Positions 25,026 to 37,895 of a stretch of 61,288 nucleotides of DNA are shown piece after piece. This DNA is from Lama guanicoe. Lineage: Eukaryota. The translations under genes were made by a program, and so were the position numbers. The notes under the pieces are model-generated. The model ran no database searches, was not told the DNA's origin, and saw only the letters and a program-made list of their open reading frames with translations. The stretch is from contig MU053994.1 of NCBI GenBank assembly GCA_013239625.1, forward strand, positions 4,631,434 to 4,692,721. Direction: 5' to 3'. Position 1 is the first letter of the stretch; each line of letters begins with the position of its first letter.

Positions 25026-25675
25026 TAGTAAACAAGCTTTAGAAGTTTAGTGCTCCAGAAACACCTACAATATTTTTTATTTTTTCTTCTCTGGATATAA
25101 GTGAAGAATCAGGAGGATATATGACAAGCGGGCAGTGGCAGTGGAAAGATGGCAGCACCCCTGGCATAGATCAAAAGGTTTTTTTTTTGTCCTACCTTTC
25201 TCTGAGTTTTCAGTGTACTGTCTGAAGGGTAAACAAGGGCAGCACATCCCAAAGAGTATGGATCATAGGCTTTGGAAGGGACGATGATCTGTATTTGCTG
25301 AGCATTCTGGGGAAACTGGAGCACATGTGCCTGAGTAAGAATCAGCTTGCATAGACAAGCTCATCACCACTGACGTTCATGTCAGTGAGCAGGATGAGAA
25401 TTTAGAGCACAGCCTATACCAGGCTCCAAAAATGTTTCTATGTATATGTGTATAATCACACACATCAATGCCTTTCCTTTCTGGTCATTTTGTCTGTTTA
25501 ACACTATTAGAAACAGCAGAATTTAAGAAGCAGTTCTGGGGCATGGACTTTACTGTTCTGTATAACATATTCTTGAGGGGAGACACAAGATGAAGACAGT
25601 TCATATTTCATTAAACTAGTCACACAGGGGACTTGCAAGAGGGAACACTCATAAATGGTCCAACCAGACATGGAC

Positions 25676-25713
25676 ACAGCACGCCTGAAGCCCACGTTCT
25701 TCAGGCGTGCTGT
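25676..25713. repeat. Perfect 15-bp inverted repeat (hairpin, 8-nt loop)
   Basis: acagcacgcctgaag - cccacgtt - cttcaggcgtgctgt. Confidence 0.95.
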
Positions 25714-25715
25714 AC

Positions 25716-25910
25716 ACCATTTATTAAATGGCTACTATGTACTAAGAATTAAACTGGGTGCCTTTTATACATTGTCTCATTTAATCCTCACAACCCTGTA
25801 AGAGAGCATAATAAGAGAGGTTAAGTAACTGGCTGGCACTTAGCTGATAAATGGAGGAGCTGTGGTATAAGCCCAGATCTCCCCAAGTCCAAACTCTTTC
25901 TAGTATAATA
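25716..25910 (-). mobile_element. MIR SINE
   Basis: tctcatttaatcctcacaaccctg...gagaggttaagtaact. Confidence 0.8.
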
Positions 25911-26052
25911 GAGGCAATATGAAATTCATTCAGTGGCTGGCTCCATTACCAGTAGATTTAGGATTTTTGCTTAGGCACAGCCTGGCTGGTCTGCCCTTGT
26001 CATAGTCTCATCCTTGGTTAAGATAATGCTATCATTTTATACACAGAGAAAC

Positions 26053-26093
26053 ACACATACAACACACACACACACACACATACACACACACAC
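26053..26093. repeat. (CA)n microsatellite, interrupted
   Basis: Directly visible. Confidence 0.95.
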
Positions 26094-26820
26094 GCTTTTG
26101 TATTTATCTTCCTCAGTTTGCTGTTTCTTTTCTCCCCCAGAGATTTTTTTCTCCCCATCTGTGTCTGGGCACATAGGACTGACAAGGCCTGGCATGATTT
26201 TAAATCCTGATATTCAGATCCCAGAGTTGTCATCCTTTCTGCTGAGCTGGCCATTTTGGTTAGTAATTGCTTGGCTTTTTAAATTGCTGAGTCAGTCTCA
26301 GACAGAACTGGCCCTCTTGTCATCCTACTAGCAGAAACAAAGTCCAGGTTAAGAACATTTGTTCCGCAGGTTAAAGGCTATTGTAAATTCGTGGTTTATT
26401 CAAATGAAGCTTTAAGACTGGTATAGAGCTCTTAGTGACATGAGTCCTGTTTTTATGGGATGTAGCAGAAATAACATGACCTAACCTCCTGCAGGCTATC
26501 AGCCTGCTGGCCTTCCCACCTTTTGGCCAGCTCTGAAGCCTCAAAGGACCCTGTTTCATGAAGGTTTGTCAGCATATGACCCACAGCTTTTAAGGGCTCC
26601 AAACTAAATTTTCTCAACACACAGAGTTAATGAGGCTTTGAGAATTGAGTCACATTGACCCATCACACAGACATCGTCTGAAGACAGACAGTACTAGCCA
26701 TAGTATCTGGGCACTTGTCTTCTGTTACAGAAGATGGTATGAGTAAATCTCATTTTGATATTTACTGTGGTTCTGGACTTCTGTTCATATAGCTCCTGGC
26801 TTCAGGCTATCTCTTATATA

Positions 26821-27003
26821 CAGTCATCCATCAGTATTCTCAGGGGACTGGTTCCAGGACACATACTCTTACCCCTGCCCACAGATACCAAAATCTGCAG
26901 GTGCTCAAGTCCCTTATATAAAATGACACAGCACAGTCAGCCCTCCATATCCACAGATTCCATATCCACAGGTTCCACATCCACAGATATGGAAGGCCAA
27001 CAG
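26821..27003 (+). mobile_element. TcMar-Tigger non-autonomous element (MER2/Tigger-related MITE)
   Basis: TA on both flanks; cagtc...ggttccaggac...gataccaaaatc...gctcaagtcccttatataaaatg; degenerate TIR ggaaggccaacag. Confidence 0.8.
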
Positions 27004-27479
27004 TATTTTTAGGATTAACAAAAGAGGCAGTCTTAAAAATCTAACACATCCATCATCTATTGGATCACTGTCCACGATGGGTATCATCTGCACCTCTGCA
27101 TTTCTAACAAGGTCTACAGGCAGCTCTGTGTGCACCCTAAGTTTAAGAAACCTAGTCTAGAGTGAAATAAGTAATGCAGTACCTGCACCCCAGGGGGAGT
27201 AAATCCAAAAGGGCATGCTTTTACCCAAACATTCTTCTGAAAATCTATGACAACACATTGGGTGTAGAACAATATCAGATGCAGAGAATTCTCTTTTCAA
27301 ATGTCAACTCACATAGCACAGTTTAGGCTACAGTTGTAACTCAAAAACAAGGACTGAAAAAATAATGAAGGAAAAGACTACAACTTCACCCCCAGACTCA
27401 AAGCCTTTGCAAATGGCAGAGTAGACCAATTATAGAACACTGTGCCACTGTACTTTCTCAATCTCTATCAAAAAATGGA

Positions 27480-27491
27480 TGTGTGTGTGTG

Positions 27492-27525
<34 letters not shown>
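27480..27525. repeat. (TG)n-TA-(CA)n compound microsatellite/palindrome
   Basis: tgtgtgtgtgtgta|tacacacacacaca... Confidence 0.95.
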
Positions 27526-27528
<3 letters not shown>

Positions 27529-28850
27529 GATCAGGTATAACTTTCTGTAAAATAAATAGGAATTAAATGAAAATGATGTTTGGAAAAGAAGGCACATTAA
27601 CCTGTTATTTCAAAATGCAATGGAAGTGTTCATTCAGTATATGTAAACGTTAAAGAAAACAGAGCAAATGGAAGAGATGGAGTGAGGAACACTAAAAAGA
27701 GGGCCAATGAAACCATCAACAGATGCCTATTCTACCTTTGTAAGTGAGTAAAACAATTTGAGGTCAAGAACCGGGTCTATCCCCCTCCGTAAGAGTAGTC
27801 ATTCACTAAGTGTTTGCTGAGTGCAGAAACTCTGAACAATTTCTGAGATCCAGAGTTCCTGCTCTTAGAGGACTTGAATCTTGCTCCAGTTTGATGGTCC
27901 CGCTACCATTTTTCAACCACTCTGCAGATTGGTTGTTCTGTGCTCTCATCTCTTGGGCACTGCGCTTAAAGCTGAGACAGGATATGACTTTGAACTCTAG
28001 CTTTGGTTTGTTCCATCTGCTAGTAACTTCTTCCAAAAGCCTGGAGTTCATCATGAGCCCAGCCTACCCCAGCCCCAATGCCAACCTGAGTGAATGAAAT
28101 GTCCACCTTTCCATGGGAATTTTCTCTTTACCGCAGGTGTGATGAAGTTCACATTAAATATTCTAAAAAAAATTTAGGGAATGAACAAATGGGTGAATAG
28201 ACACAACACAGGAGAGCCCTTGTCACACGAACAGCCATTTTTAGGGTGAGGGTAGTGTAGGCTGGAAGAGGATGACCACCACTTGAGAGAATACATTCAT
28301 ATAAGCTTTTTTTTTTTGAAACAGTGGATAACCAAGGTACATGCAAATTGAAAATACGGGTAAGTTGAAAATAAGAGCCTGAAACTGAAGCCTGCCTCAT
28401 ACAGAGGATATGTAGAGGGATATATAGAGAAGTGAAACCATTTTTTTCTGGTGGACAGGGGGTATGAGGAGAGAGATGGAGAGAGAGGGGAAAGAAAGAA
28501 GAAAGAGGTGTTATAGAGAGCCCAGAGAGTAGTTGTCTGACAGATTTACAGCAATTGAGAAGGATTCCTGCACGCAATCTTTTTTTTTAATTTCTAAGTT
28601 GAGTGATTTTCTCTTGCAACTAAATGACTCTTGACTAATAGAAATGGCCACCAATAGAATGTAGGTTTAATAAGGGTAGGAATTTTCGTCTGTTTTATTT
28701 ACACCCAATAGAGTCTGGTGCAAAATAGGGGCTCAAAAGAGGCATACATAAATCTACAAAGTTGGAGGTACGATTCAAGCAAAAAGATGGTTTTGTACTC
28801 TCTTTGCACTACAGCCTAAATTTAAAGGGGTTTATAATGCAGAGGGAAGG

Positions 28851-29343
28851 TGTACCAGGATATCTTCCATTTGGCCCTGCAGATCTGTTCTCCATCACCC
28901 TCCATCTGCTCTCTGCCTTGGGAGCCTGGTCTGTATAGACTTTATCAACGTCTTCCTTGTCCTTTAGTTTCCGGGTGGGTGTGGCTCAAGGAGACCCTTG
29001 GCAGAAGATCAGGGAGAAAATTAAGTGAAGTCAGGGTGTTTGTTTCCGTATCTTCCTCCCTGCCAGTCTGCCTTGTGCTGGATAGGTCCCTCAACCAAAG
29101 GCAACTTTCTCTACAAGGCTCTCACCTTCTGGGTCTCAGTAAGTGCTTTCTCATCTCCCTTCAGGCTGGGCGGCAGTAACATCTTTGCAGTTACCAGCTC
29201 TAAAGTGTGTGGTTCCTGCAGTATCCTTTATAGTCTCCCTATATCCCACCCACATCTTTATAAATAGTGCCTTTATTAATCCCTCCTTAAATTATCCTAA
29301 TTCAAGAGCATCATTTGTTTCCGCTGCGGCCCTGACTAATCTA
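28851..29343 (+). mobile_element. ERVL solo LTR (LTR40/LTR41-like)
   Basis: Start tgtaccagg; end aaatagtgcctttattaa...ccctgactaat; agggaagg repeated on both flanks. Confidence 0.75.
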
Positions 29344-32199
29344 GGGAAGGTTCAAATTAGCTCTTTTCCAAAATAATCTCTCTAATGTGCATCCTGGCCT
29401 CTAAAAATTACAGTTCATTGAAATGGATTTTCATTTGAAATCATCTAAGGAATAAAGGAGGCAAATATTCATGAGAAGGAGGATTATATTTTATCCAAGA
29501 AGTTCTTCTGCAGATGTATCTGATGGCTATAGCAAAGACAAACCAGTGACTTATATTTTGGCAAACATTTCCATTTGCATGCATGATCAGTCTGTCCATA
29601 ACATGCTATTCTGAAGAAGATCACAGACTTAACAGACTTGAGAAAGATGTAAAAATCCATAATGATCCAGTTTGTTCTTCGCATGAAGCCTTTTGTTACA
29701 TTTCTTTCTTCCTGTTTGTAATGAGTATATGGTGTTGAAAATGGGGTGGGAAAACCTGAGAAATAATTCCCCCAGAACTGCTTCATTCTGTATATACTGA
29801 AATTAGTCTGATTGTTTAATCATCTTATTTAGATGCATTTTAAATGAAATGAACCTTAATTTGGGGCTCTATATCTCAAGAAACTCCAATTCTTTGAAAG
29901 AACACAAGAGGATCTGCAAGCACATGACCAATACCATTTTCCAGAAAATACAGCAGAAGACTGGGTTTGCCTTCTGCACATGGCAGAGGCCATTCTAGCT
30001 AGGCCAGTCAGCAATGTGAAGTTGGCCAGGACTTGAAATTTAGCTAGACCCTGAAGCAGGGATCAAGTTTACCTTGTTCATATCTTTATGGCAAATGCCT
30101 TATAGAAGACACTCAATAGTCATTGAGTGATAAACACTCAATACAAACTTACAAAAAAAGAAGACACCCTATTTATTGAAAGAATTAATGATAAGCCATC
30201 AAAACATCACAGAAAGAGGATATGGAAGAGAGGGGAAACATGAAAAACATGGGGATTCCTTTCCCTATAGTTTTATTTAGATCAGGATATTTCTTTGACT
30301 AGACCCGAGGAACTGGGCTGCTGGAGTCTAGTTTAACTTTGCATGTAATTATCTCATCCTAAGTGTCCAGCACTAAATCGTAACAAGGAAACAAAAAAAC
30401 ATGGCTTCTGCCTTCATAGAGATTATAAAAATTTTGTTGCTCTTTATCTTGGTTTTCTCTTTTGTTTTCTTTTATGGCCTTAAGATACTTTGAAGCACTA
30501 TTTGACATGCATAGCAGCCAGTGTTGCCACGTCTTCTATCTGCACCTCAAGCTACCCATTTCTCCAAAATGTGACCTAACAGCAGTCGTCAAATTTATTT
30601 AATGCCCTCCTTGTTTCTATCCTTTGCTTCTTTACTTTTTTGGCTTCATTTAAAAAAAAAAATCAAGTGGGTGATAAACACACCTAAAACTGAGAACAAA
30701 GAGGCACCACTGGGAAATGTGCCTTCTCCCAGTAGGGAAGGTGAGGTGAGAGAGAGTTAATAGCAACAAGAGGAGACGAAGCCTGGCGCACCTGCACTGT
30801 GATTGTGTACTAGAGATACTCCAGCTCTGGCAAAGGCCTTGGCAGCTTTCTCAGCAAAAGTGTGTTTCAGAAGTCCTTTCAAAAAAGATTTACTAAAAGC
30901 CTGGAGCGGGGGCAGAATGCTACGGACAACATATAGTTGGCTTTAGCCTTGGCATTTATCCAAAACGTAATATTCCTTCTATATCTCAAACTTTGAGAGG
31001 CTGACTAGCCAGACACCCACATCAACATCATTTCTGGCATCCTTGAATACTGTTGCTGGTACTAAAAAGGCATGTCATGCTTTTGGATTTATCATTAACA
31101 TCTGAGTATTTGCTTTTAAATGCATATAAATAACCTATTATCTGGAATGAAAATCTATTTACGAGATTAATAATACTGAAATTCTATCAGTCCTTTGAAG
31201 AATAAATATAGATGTATTATTTCAAAAGTAAAATAGAATTTTTCAAAGATTTAATTGCTGTCTTTCAGCTAATATTTCAGCATATTTAAAATTGAGTTAT
31301 CTCAAAAATAGGATGTTTTATACAGTCATTATTTTTGCCCATTCATTGTTTTCTCATTAAAGATCTTTAAATAATAGGAATCACGGGTACCTGAAGTAGA
31401 TAAAATGTGACTAGAGTGCTGCAAATCTTGGGGGAAAACAGATTTTCATAGATAAGAGCTGAGGAAGTGCTGTTCCTCAATCTGAGCCCACTTATATCAA
31501 GATTTTCAACTTGAAGAAGATGAGGCTTAGAGAGCATGAGTGACAGTCCTGCAGTTATTCTGTGGTGACCTAGGCTAATCTCCCTCCCTCTGGGGACAGT
31601 CGAATTTGGAATTTTAAAGTCCTTTCCCACACAGACCTAGGGATCAATGAATACAACATCTTTCTCCTTTTACAGGTGACAGAATTACACGCCAGTAAAT
31701 GATGTGACATATTTATTGTCACAGAGCTAAATTAAGCCTAAGTATACCACTCTTGAAGAAATAAGAATGAGATAATTAAATTAGGCGAGACCGATCTCTG
31801 ATATGCAAATCTATTTAATTAAAAATATATTTGAGTCAAATAAATATAGATGGAAGTACGTCCCACTGGTGCATTTGGGTTGGCACATTGGACAGGCGTG
31901 ATATTAATGAGTGAACCAATCCTTTCCATTAACATTGCCCAACCTTCAAGAATAATTAAAATCCTATGCCCTCTGAAAATAAACCCTCATCCTCCATTTA
32001 GGACAGTGATTTTTCAAACTGTGCAACTCAGAGTCCTCTCAGAGCCACAGTGTGAGGATAATGGGGCTTTGAGGACCTGACTTCCACTTCAACCAGAACT
32101 TCCCCTTATCCCTACTTCCATCCATTTCATATACAGAGGGGGAAATAAATTTATACTACACACACACACACACACACATATTTTTTTCACTCAAAGATA

Positions 32200-33060
32200 A
32201 GTACAGGTGGGACATATCTACCTGGTGTGCCTCCTGATACGATGTACTGAGAAGAATGTGACATTACTTCATTGGCCTTCCTGACAAAAATGTACAACCC
32301 GTTCTATTCATGAAAAAAACAAGCAGACAAACCCAAATTGAGGGACACTCAGTGATGTGCTGCAGTTGGCTCATGCACACAGTTTCTGAGAGCTGACTGT
32401 GCACAATTCTCTCCAATGGCACATTCAGCAACATCACATTGGTAGCTTGACATCAGCCACAGTGGGAATATTTATACCACAGAAATCGGCAAATGCTACA
32501 TAGCAGGATCTTTTTTTTTCCAGAGACACATCTGTTAAACATTTATCAGAACACTGGTGGAAATTCTACAAAATAATTGGCCTGTACTCTTTGAAAACGT
32601 CAGTGCCATGAAAGACAAACAGTGCTGCAAAAATGTCCCATAAGGAAAGAAACTAAAGAATCATGGTAGCTGGGTGCGTGTATAATCATTGATTGGTTCC
32701 TAGAGAGGAAACATATTTTGTTCTCAAAGATATTATTGAAATAATCTGTAAAACTGGAATATGAATTGTGGATTAGATAAAACTTAAATGTGTATTTCTT
32801 AAAAACAAGGGTATTTTCTGATATAATGATAGTGTAATAATCAAATTCAGGAAATGTAACACAATACAATATTGTTAATGAGTAGAGGTGTATAATGTAC
32901 TCAGCATATTCTCAAATGGTTCAGGAAAAAGAATATTTATAAATATATGCAGAGAGAAAATGATAAAACAATGTGGCAAGATGCTTCCAATTGGTGCATT
33001 AGGATAAAGGTATACAGAGATCTTTGTACCCTTCCTACAATTTCTTGTAAATTTCTTACA
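32200..33060 (+). mobile_element. L1 3' UTR (L1MC4/5-like), split by MER63A
   Basis: cagacaaacccaaattgagggaca | ttctacaaaataattggcctgtactc; tctcaaatggttcaggaaaaa. Confidence 0.8.
32350..32557 (+). mobile_element. hAT MITE (MER63A-like)
   Basis: cagtgatgtgctg...ggtagcttga...ccacagaaatcggcaaatgctaca...tgttaaacattta; degenerate 8-bp TSD gggacact/tggaaatt. Confidence 0.85.
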
Positions 33061-33139
33061 CATGTATTTTTTAACTTTTTATTTTGAGAAAATTTTAAAC
33101 ATTGGGGAATCCATTAACCCTTGCCAATCCTCAAAGAAA

Positions 33140-33680
33140 TACATGGTAAAACAGTAAACTCATATTTTACATCATTAAAATAATAAAATCATTTAAAATG
33201 ATAACACCCAATGCTGGCAAGTGAGGTGGAAATGTTTGGTGGATTTAAATCGCCACAAACATTCTGGAGAGCAATCCAGCTATATTTCAAAAACTGTCTA
33301 AATATTCAAAACCCTGTGACCCAGTAGTTTCTCTTTCCAAGTTGAGACTGCCCTGTAGTACAAAGATTACAAGCCAACAGAACTGTCCTGTAGGAATACA
33401 ATTGAATAAATCACGGCACAGAAACTCATGAAAGACTATAATTATTAAGACTGTGTGACAACATGGAAAAGTTATTTTTATGTAAAAAAATCAAAACAAA
33501 ATATTCTATAACTACAAAATACTTCAAAACATGTATATGAACAAATACCAGAAGGCAACACAGAAGACTGAAAGCAGATGCTCTATTTGTATGGTAGAAT
33601 TAAGGGAGAGATATTTTCTATTTAAAATGTCTCTTAACTTGTGATTTATAGTTAGATGGTTATAAATATTATAACTTTTA
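33140..33680 (+). mobile_element. Old L1 (L1ME-like) 3' fragment
   Basis: gataacacccaatgctggcaag; ttctggagagcaat; ccctgtgacccag. Confidence 0.6.
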
Positions 33681-35142
33681 ATTTGTGATTTATGGTTATA
33701 AATATAACATTTATAAATATCATAATATTTAATCATTATAAAAAATAAGTTCAGGGTGGGATTTGAACTCACAAAACTGATCTACCACACAAATTTCCCA
33801 TGGCCTAAAGTTGCATTAGAAAACAGGAAGTGCAGATCTTTGGGGATCACTGATGGGCTTTTCCTCTCTTTTGACACCCTTCTTCCTAATGTCCCACATC
33901 CCAGGCGCATGTCCAATGCTCTCAAATAGCTATGGAAAGTATGTATATATCACATATAGTAATTCCCCACTAAACATGAAAAGCTATGTTTCCATTTCTA
34001 ACAGGATTCTCGTCTTCAAAATAATCAGAAAGTGTTTACAGAATACAGCCCAACCCCAGGTTTGTGCTAGATGCTCTAAGCTTCAAAATATGAATACAGG
34101 GAAAAGAATACATAATAAAGTAATTTCTAACAGTGTACTTCAAAGACACTCGGGGGACAGCAAGGAAAGCGGGTAGGAGAGACTTTACTAGGGCCCATAG
34201 AATGATGTCACAGGACAGCCAGCCTCATCTGTCACTCCTGTTTTGAGGCAGTGTGTCTCACACAGACTCTACATATATGCTATTTTTCTTCCTCCACTCC
34301 CCTGTCAGCTCAGGCACCAGCAAATTTGATACCATTCTTCATGCGGAGTTTTTCTTTCTCCCAGTCACTTGTTCGTAAATTTCCCTCACTGCATCATTGA
34401 AATCTGTCGCAACATTCCTGATAAATTCCTCATGCCCTTACCTCCTGTCATCCATAACATTATCTCCCTCTTTCCTAGGGATTCTCTTTATATTCAGCTC
34501 CAAAGACTCCAGCGAGTGTTTTCTCACTGTTCATCTTATAAATACAGAAAAAAAAAATCAGCTTTCCAACTAATTGGATCACCTCCATGCATTTTTAAGA
34601 GAGGGTGCAAAATGGTCAAGCTTGTTTTCAAGAAGTCTTCAAGGCATCTCTTCAGCTGTTTTTCTGAACTCCATTTCTCTGTTCTCTCTCATTAGCTCTC
34701 ATTCCTTCCCCTGCAAAGCTGAAGAGCCAGGGTTGGGGAGAAGATATGGGACAGGTTGTTTTGACAAGTGCAATTACAAAGGAAATGTTTATTGTAGCCA
34801 TAAGGAGCTGTTTTGGAAGCTTTACCTCTGAAATAGTTTAGGAAACATAGAGAACACAATGCAACCATATAGCTTATAGTAAATTTGTAACAAGCGTGGG
34901 CATAAATACTGCTCTTTTCGTTCTCTGGTTATGTGTAACATGAGCTTGCACAGTAGAGAAATACAGAGAGCTGATCATTGGAGTGGGATAATATTCCTAA
35001 CATCGTGGGACTGGTCAGTGGGGAGGCTGGTCAAGTCTCTTTCAACCACCCAAGAGGAGCTGACCCTAGGATGGAGCAGCTCTTCATCATTACCAGTGCT
35101 ACTTCACTCTCCCTAACACCCTCCGTCCTTCCACTTCCCACC

Positions 35143-35485
35143 TCTAGTGGATCCTGTGATTTGTGCATAATCCAGAGTCCACTTAAAGGCTGAGAACATC
35201 TCTGCCAGCTGCTGGGTGTGACGATGGTAGATAAACCTCTGCTTGCAGCCCCCTAAAGGGATTGCTTCAGTAAAAACAAAAAAAAGTCCCCCTTATCTAA
35301 GGTCATTCCCCCCTCCCCATTCAATAACTAGTCAACATGGGAGTATAAAGGCTTTCGTTGAGATAGCATTGCGGCCCAACTTCTCCCTCCATCCAATCTT
35401 GCCTTCATCCTTCCCTGCATATAATAAATACCCTGCATGTTAATCTCTGTTTTAGTCTGCTTCCCAAGGAATTCAACCTGAAACG
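35143..35485 (+). mobile_element. ERVL LTR (LTR16C-like), internally deleted
   Basis: ccagctgctggg; gagtataaaggc; caacttctccctc; gtctgcttccc...caacctg. Confidence 0.7.
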
Positions 35486-35604
35486 CTACTCTAGGCGTTT
35501 CAAGCAGAAGAGAGATTTCAGACAGGGAATTAAGCTACCACAAGTGTTAGATAGTCTGAGGAGCAAAAAGGGGAAGGTGGTGTTCTCCAGAGGTCAGGAA
35601 GACA

Positions 35605-37895
35605 CTTCTGCCCAGGTGGGCTCCAAGTGCTGTGCTGACTAGTCTAGAGAAGAGATTACAAATGGAGCAGTTGCTGAAATGAGAGTCAACACCCAGTGAA
35701 CTGTGTGATGATCCGCAGCCACTGTCCAAGACTCAGGTGCCTTCTGCGTATAAGACAAACAGGCAAATTAAGTGGGAATGTAATGGGAATTATCTTTCCC
35801 ATCATCTTTCAAATTTTTCATGGCAACACCAACATTTGCAGTTACCCTAGGGAAAGAATACTGCTTTTGGTTTATTATCCTGGTAGGGGAAGGAAATTCT
35901 AGGGGTTTTCACTGGGCCATTCCTCTGTCACTCTTTGAGCACAGGAGACAATGTAGGGATTCTGCCAGATGCTGAGTATGTCTGTCCTAGATATGATTCC
36001 AAAACCGGGGAAATAATCATAGTCTCAGCCTAAAACTCTATTAGTTACCTAAGGTCTGGCCACCGTGCTGATTGTGGGCCACAGCAGCATTTGAGAACTC
36101 CAGGATTAGCACTAAGCGTCTATCTGGTCATCCTCAATTTGGCTATTTCCCATTCTCCAGTCCATGTTCACTCTGATAAATGGTTCCAAGTCCTCTGGAG
36201 GAAGGTTTATAAGAAAATGTACAGCATATGCTTATGGCAGTGTCACAAAGATCCTGCTTTCAGGGGACCCAATGTCCTCTTTATTCGTGGGACGCCATTT
36301 CTATCGCCTGGTCTGGGAACAGTACGAGAAGTCATGATTCTCCTTGTGATAATTCAAATGTGGTCTCTCTTTATTAGACTTAGGTGTGGTTTTTTCCCTA
36401 AATAACATAGATCCTATAATATTTCAGTACGTGTTGTGGGCACCTTGGGGCACCTCTCAAAAGCCCAGCCATGACTTCTCAGACTGAAGCATTTATTCCC
36501 CCAGATGTTGAGAGGGTCAGCAGCCAACAGTTAGCAGCTAAGACCCTCTTTGGGGCTTGCCTGGGCCTGAAGAGACAGCAGCACCGCCCAAGATCATGTC
36601 CCTTTTGGGGGCAGCCTATATCCAATGACTGGTTAGTGTAGGGGCATAAAGGCCAGACACCTTTGCTCCAAATAAGAATACTCTGCAGGTCCACCTCAGC
36701 TTCAAAGCCCACTGTAGGATCAGCTGTAGCCTCTGTTGTGACTGCCCCAAAGTTCAACTTTTCCTTCTGCCTAATCCTGCTTCCTTCACTTCTCCATGGG
36801 CATTAATCCCAAGAGCACCCTCCAAAAATACTTCACAATGCAAATCTTATCTCAGAGTTTTGTCCGGAAGAAGCTGAACTATGATAATAGGCTGATACCT
36901 TTTTTCAGTCCTTAATACACTGAGATGAATTAGCCATCGCTGAAGATGCCTAAATGACAAACCTCTGATTGCCACTTTTGCTCTGCTGCCTATGACAGTA
37001 ATTGCTCCCACTTTGTCTCCAGTAGTTAAATGCCTTCCCTTAGACTTTACCATTCTAGAATTCCATCACGCCCGATAAAATAAGGAAGTCTCGTTCAATA
37101 GCAGGGCAGCATCTCTCACCATCATTGCTAACCTGAAGAAGATACCTATGGTAGAGCTTTCAAATCTCCCCCACCCACGCATTTCTCAGTGCCTTGCGAA
37201 GAAGGAAGTATATCATTTTCATCCTGCCAGTGGATACAGTGGGAGAGATGCAGAAAGGAAAACCTGCAATAAATTCCCTCCAACATCCTCTCTCTCTAAA
37301 CCGTTGGATTCCTTCAGGCTACTTCTGGCATCTCAACCTTACTGAATATAGGCCATTCTTGGGTCCAGATTTTAATCAACTACTCCCAAACATCTAAGGC
37401 AATATATGCAGCCCATTCTGTCTGGACTGTCCAGACAGTTGAGCTTCTGGATGAAGCACAGTTTATTGATAATAGGTATATTAGGCAACTTTGTGTTTCA
37501 TCCTTCATAGTCTAGAAACTTTAGAATTTATTCTTATATATACTTCCCAATTACTGTTGATCTAGTTTAACAAAAACCTCGCCATTTGACCAATGTTTAT
37601 CTCCTCCCCACATTGTCTTCGCCCTTGTCCCTCACCAAATGTGCTGTCACAGGACTCTAGCCATGGGTCTGGATGCAATGGAAGGTGGTGGCAGGGGGTT
37701 TTGATAAGACTTGGCATCCCCTTGCAAGGTAACTTCCTTCCAAGAGATTAGCAGAGGCATTTCAAACAAGAGAAGAGCCACATTCTCCCTGAGACAAGTG
37801 CCTCAGTGTCTCTGCCCAGGTTCCTAGTCACAGTTTGATGGTTCTCACTCTGAATGCCAAGAACGGGTCTCATTTCTTCTCTCCTCACTGCCCAG
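35605..37895 (-). mobile_element. Decayed ERVL internal region (gag-protease-start of RT; ERVL-E/ERV3-16A3-like), split by LTR16C
   Basis: Minus strand is collinear with recalled ERVL gag/pol: ccttgcaaggggatgcc; aggttgagatgccagaa; ggcagcagagcaaaagtggcaatcag; gacatactcagcatctggcagaatccctacattg; aaaccaaaagcagta; ttgaaagatg. Many stops and indels. Confidence 0.85.
36432..36886 (+). mobile_element. ERVL solo LTR (LTR16C-like)
   Basis: ttattcccccag; atccaatgactggt; caacttttccttctgcctaatcctgcttcc; TSD-like gtacg/atagg. Confidence 0.85.
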
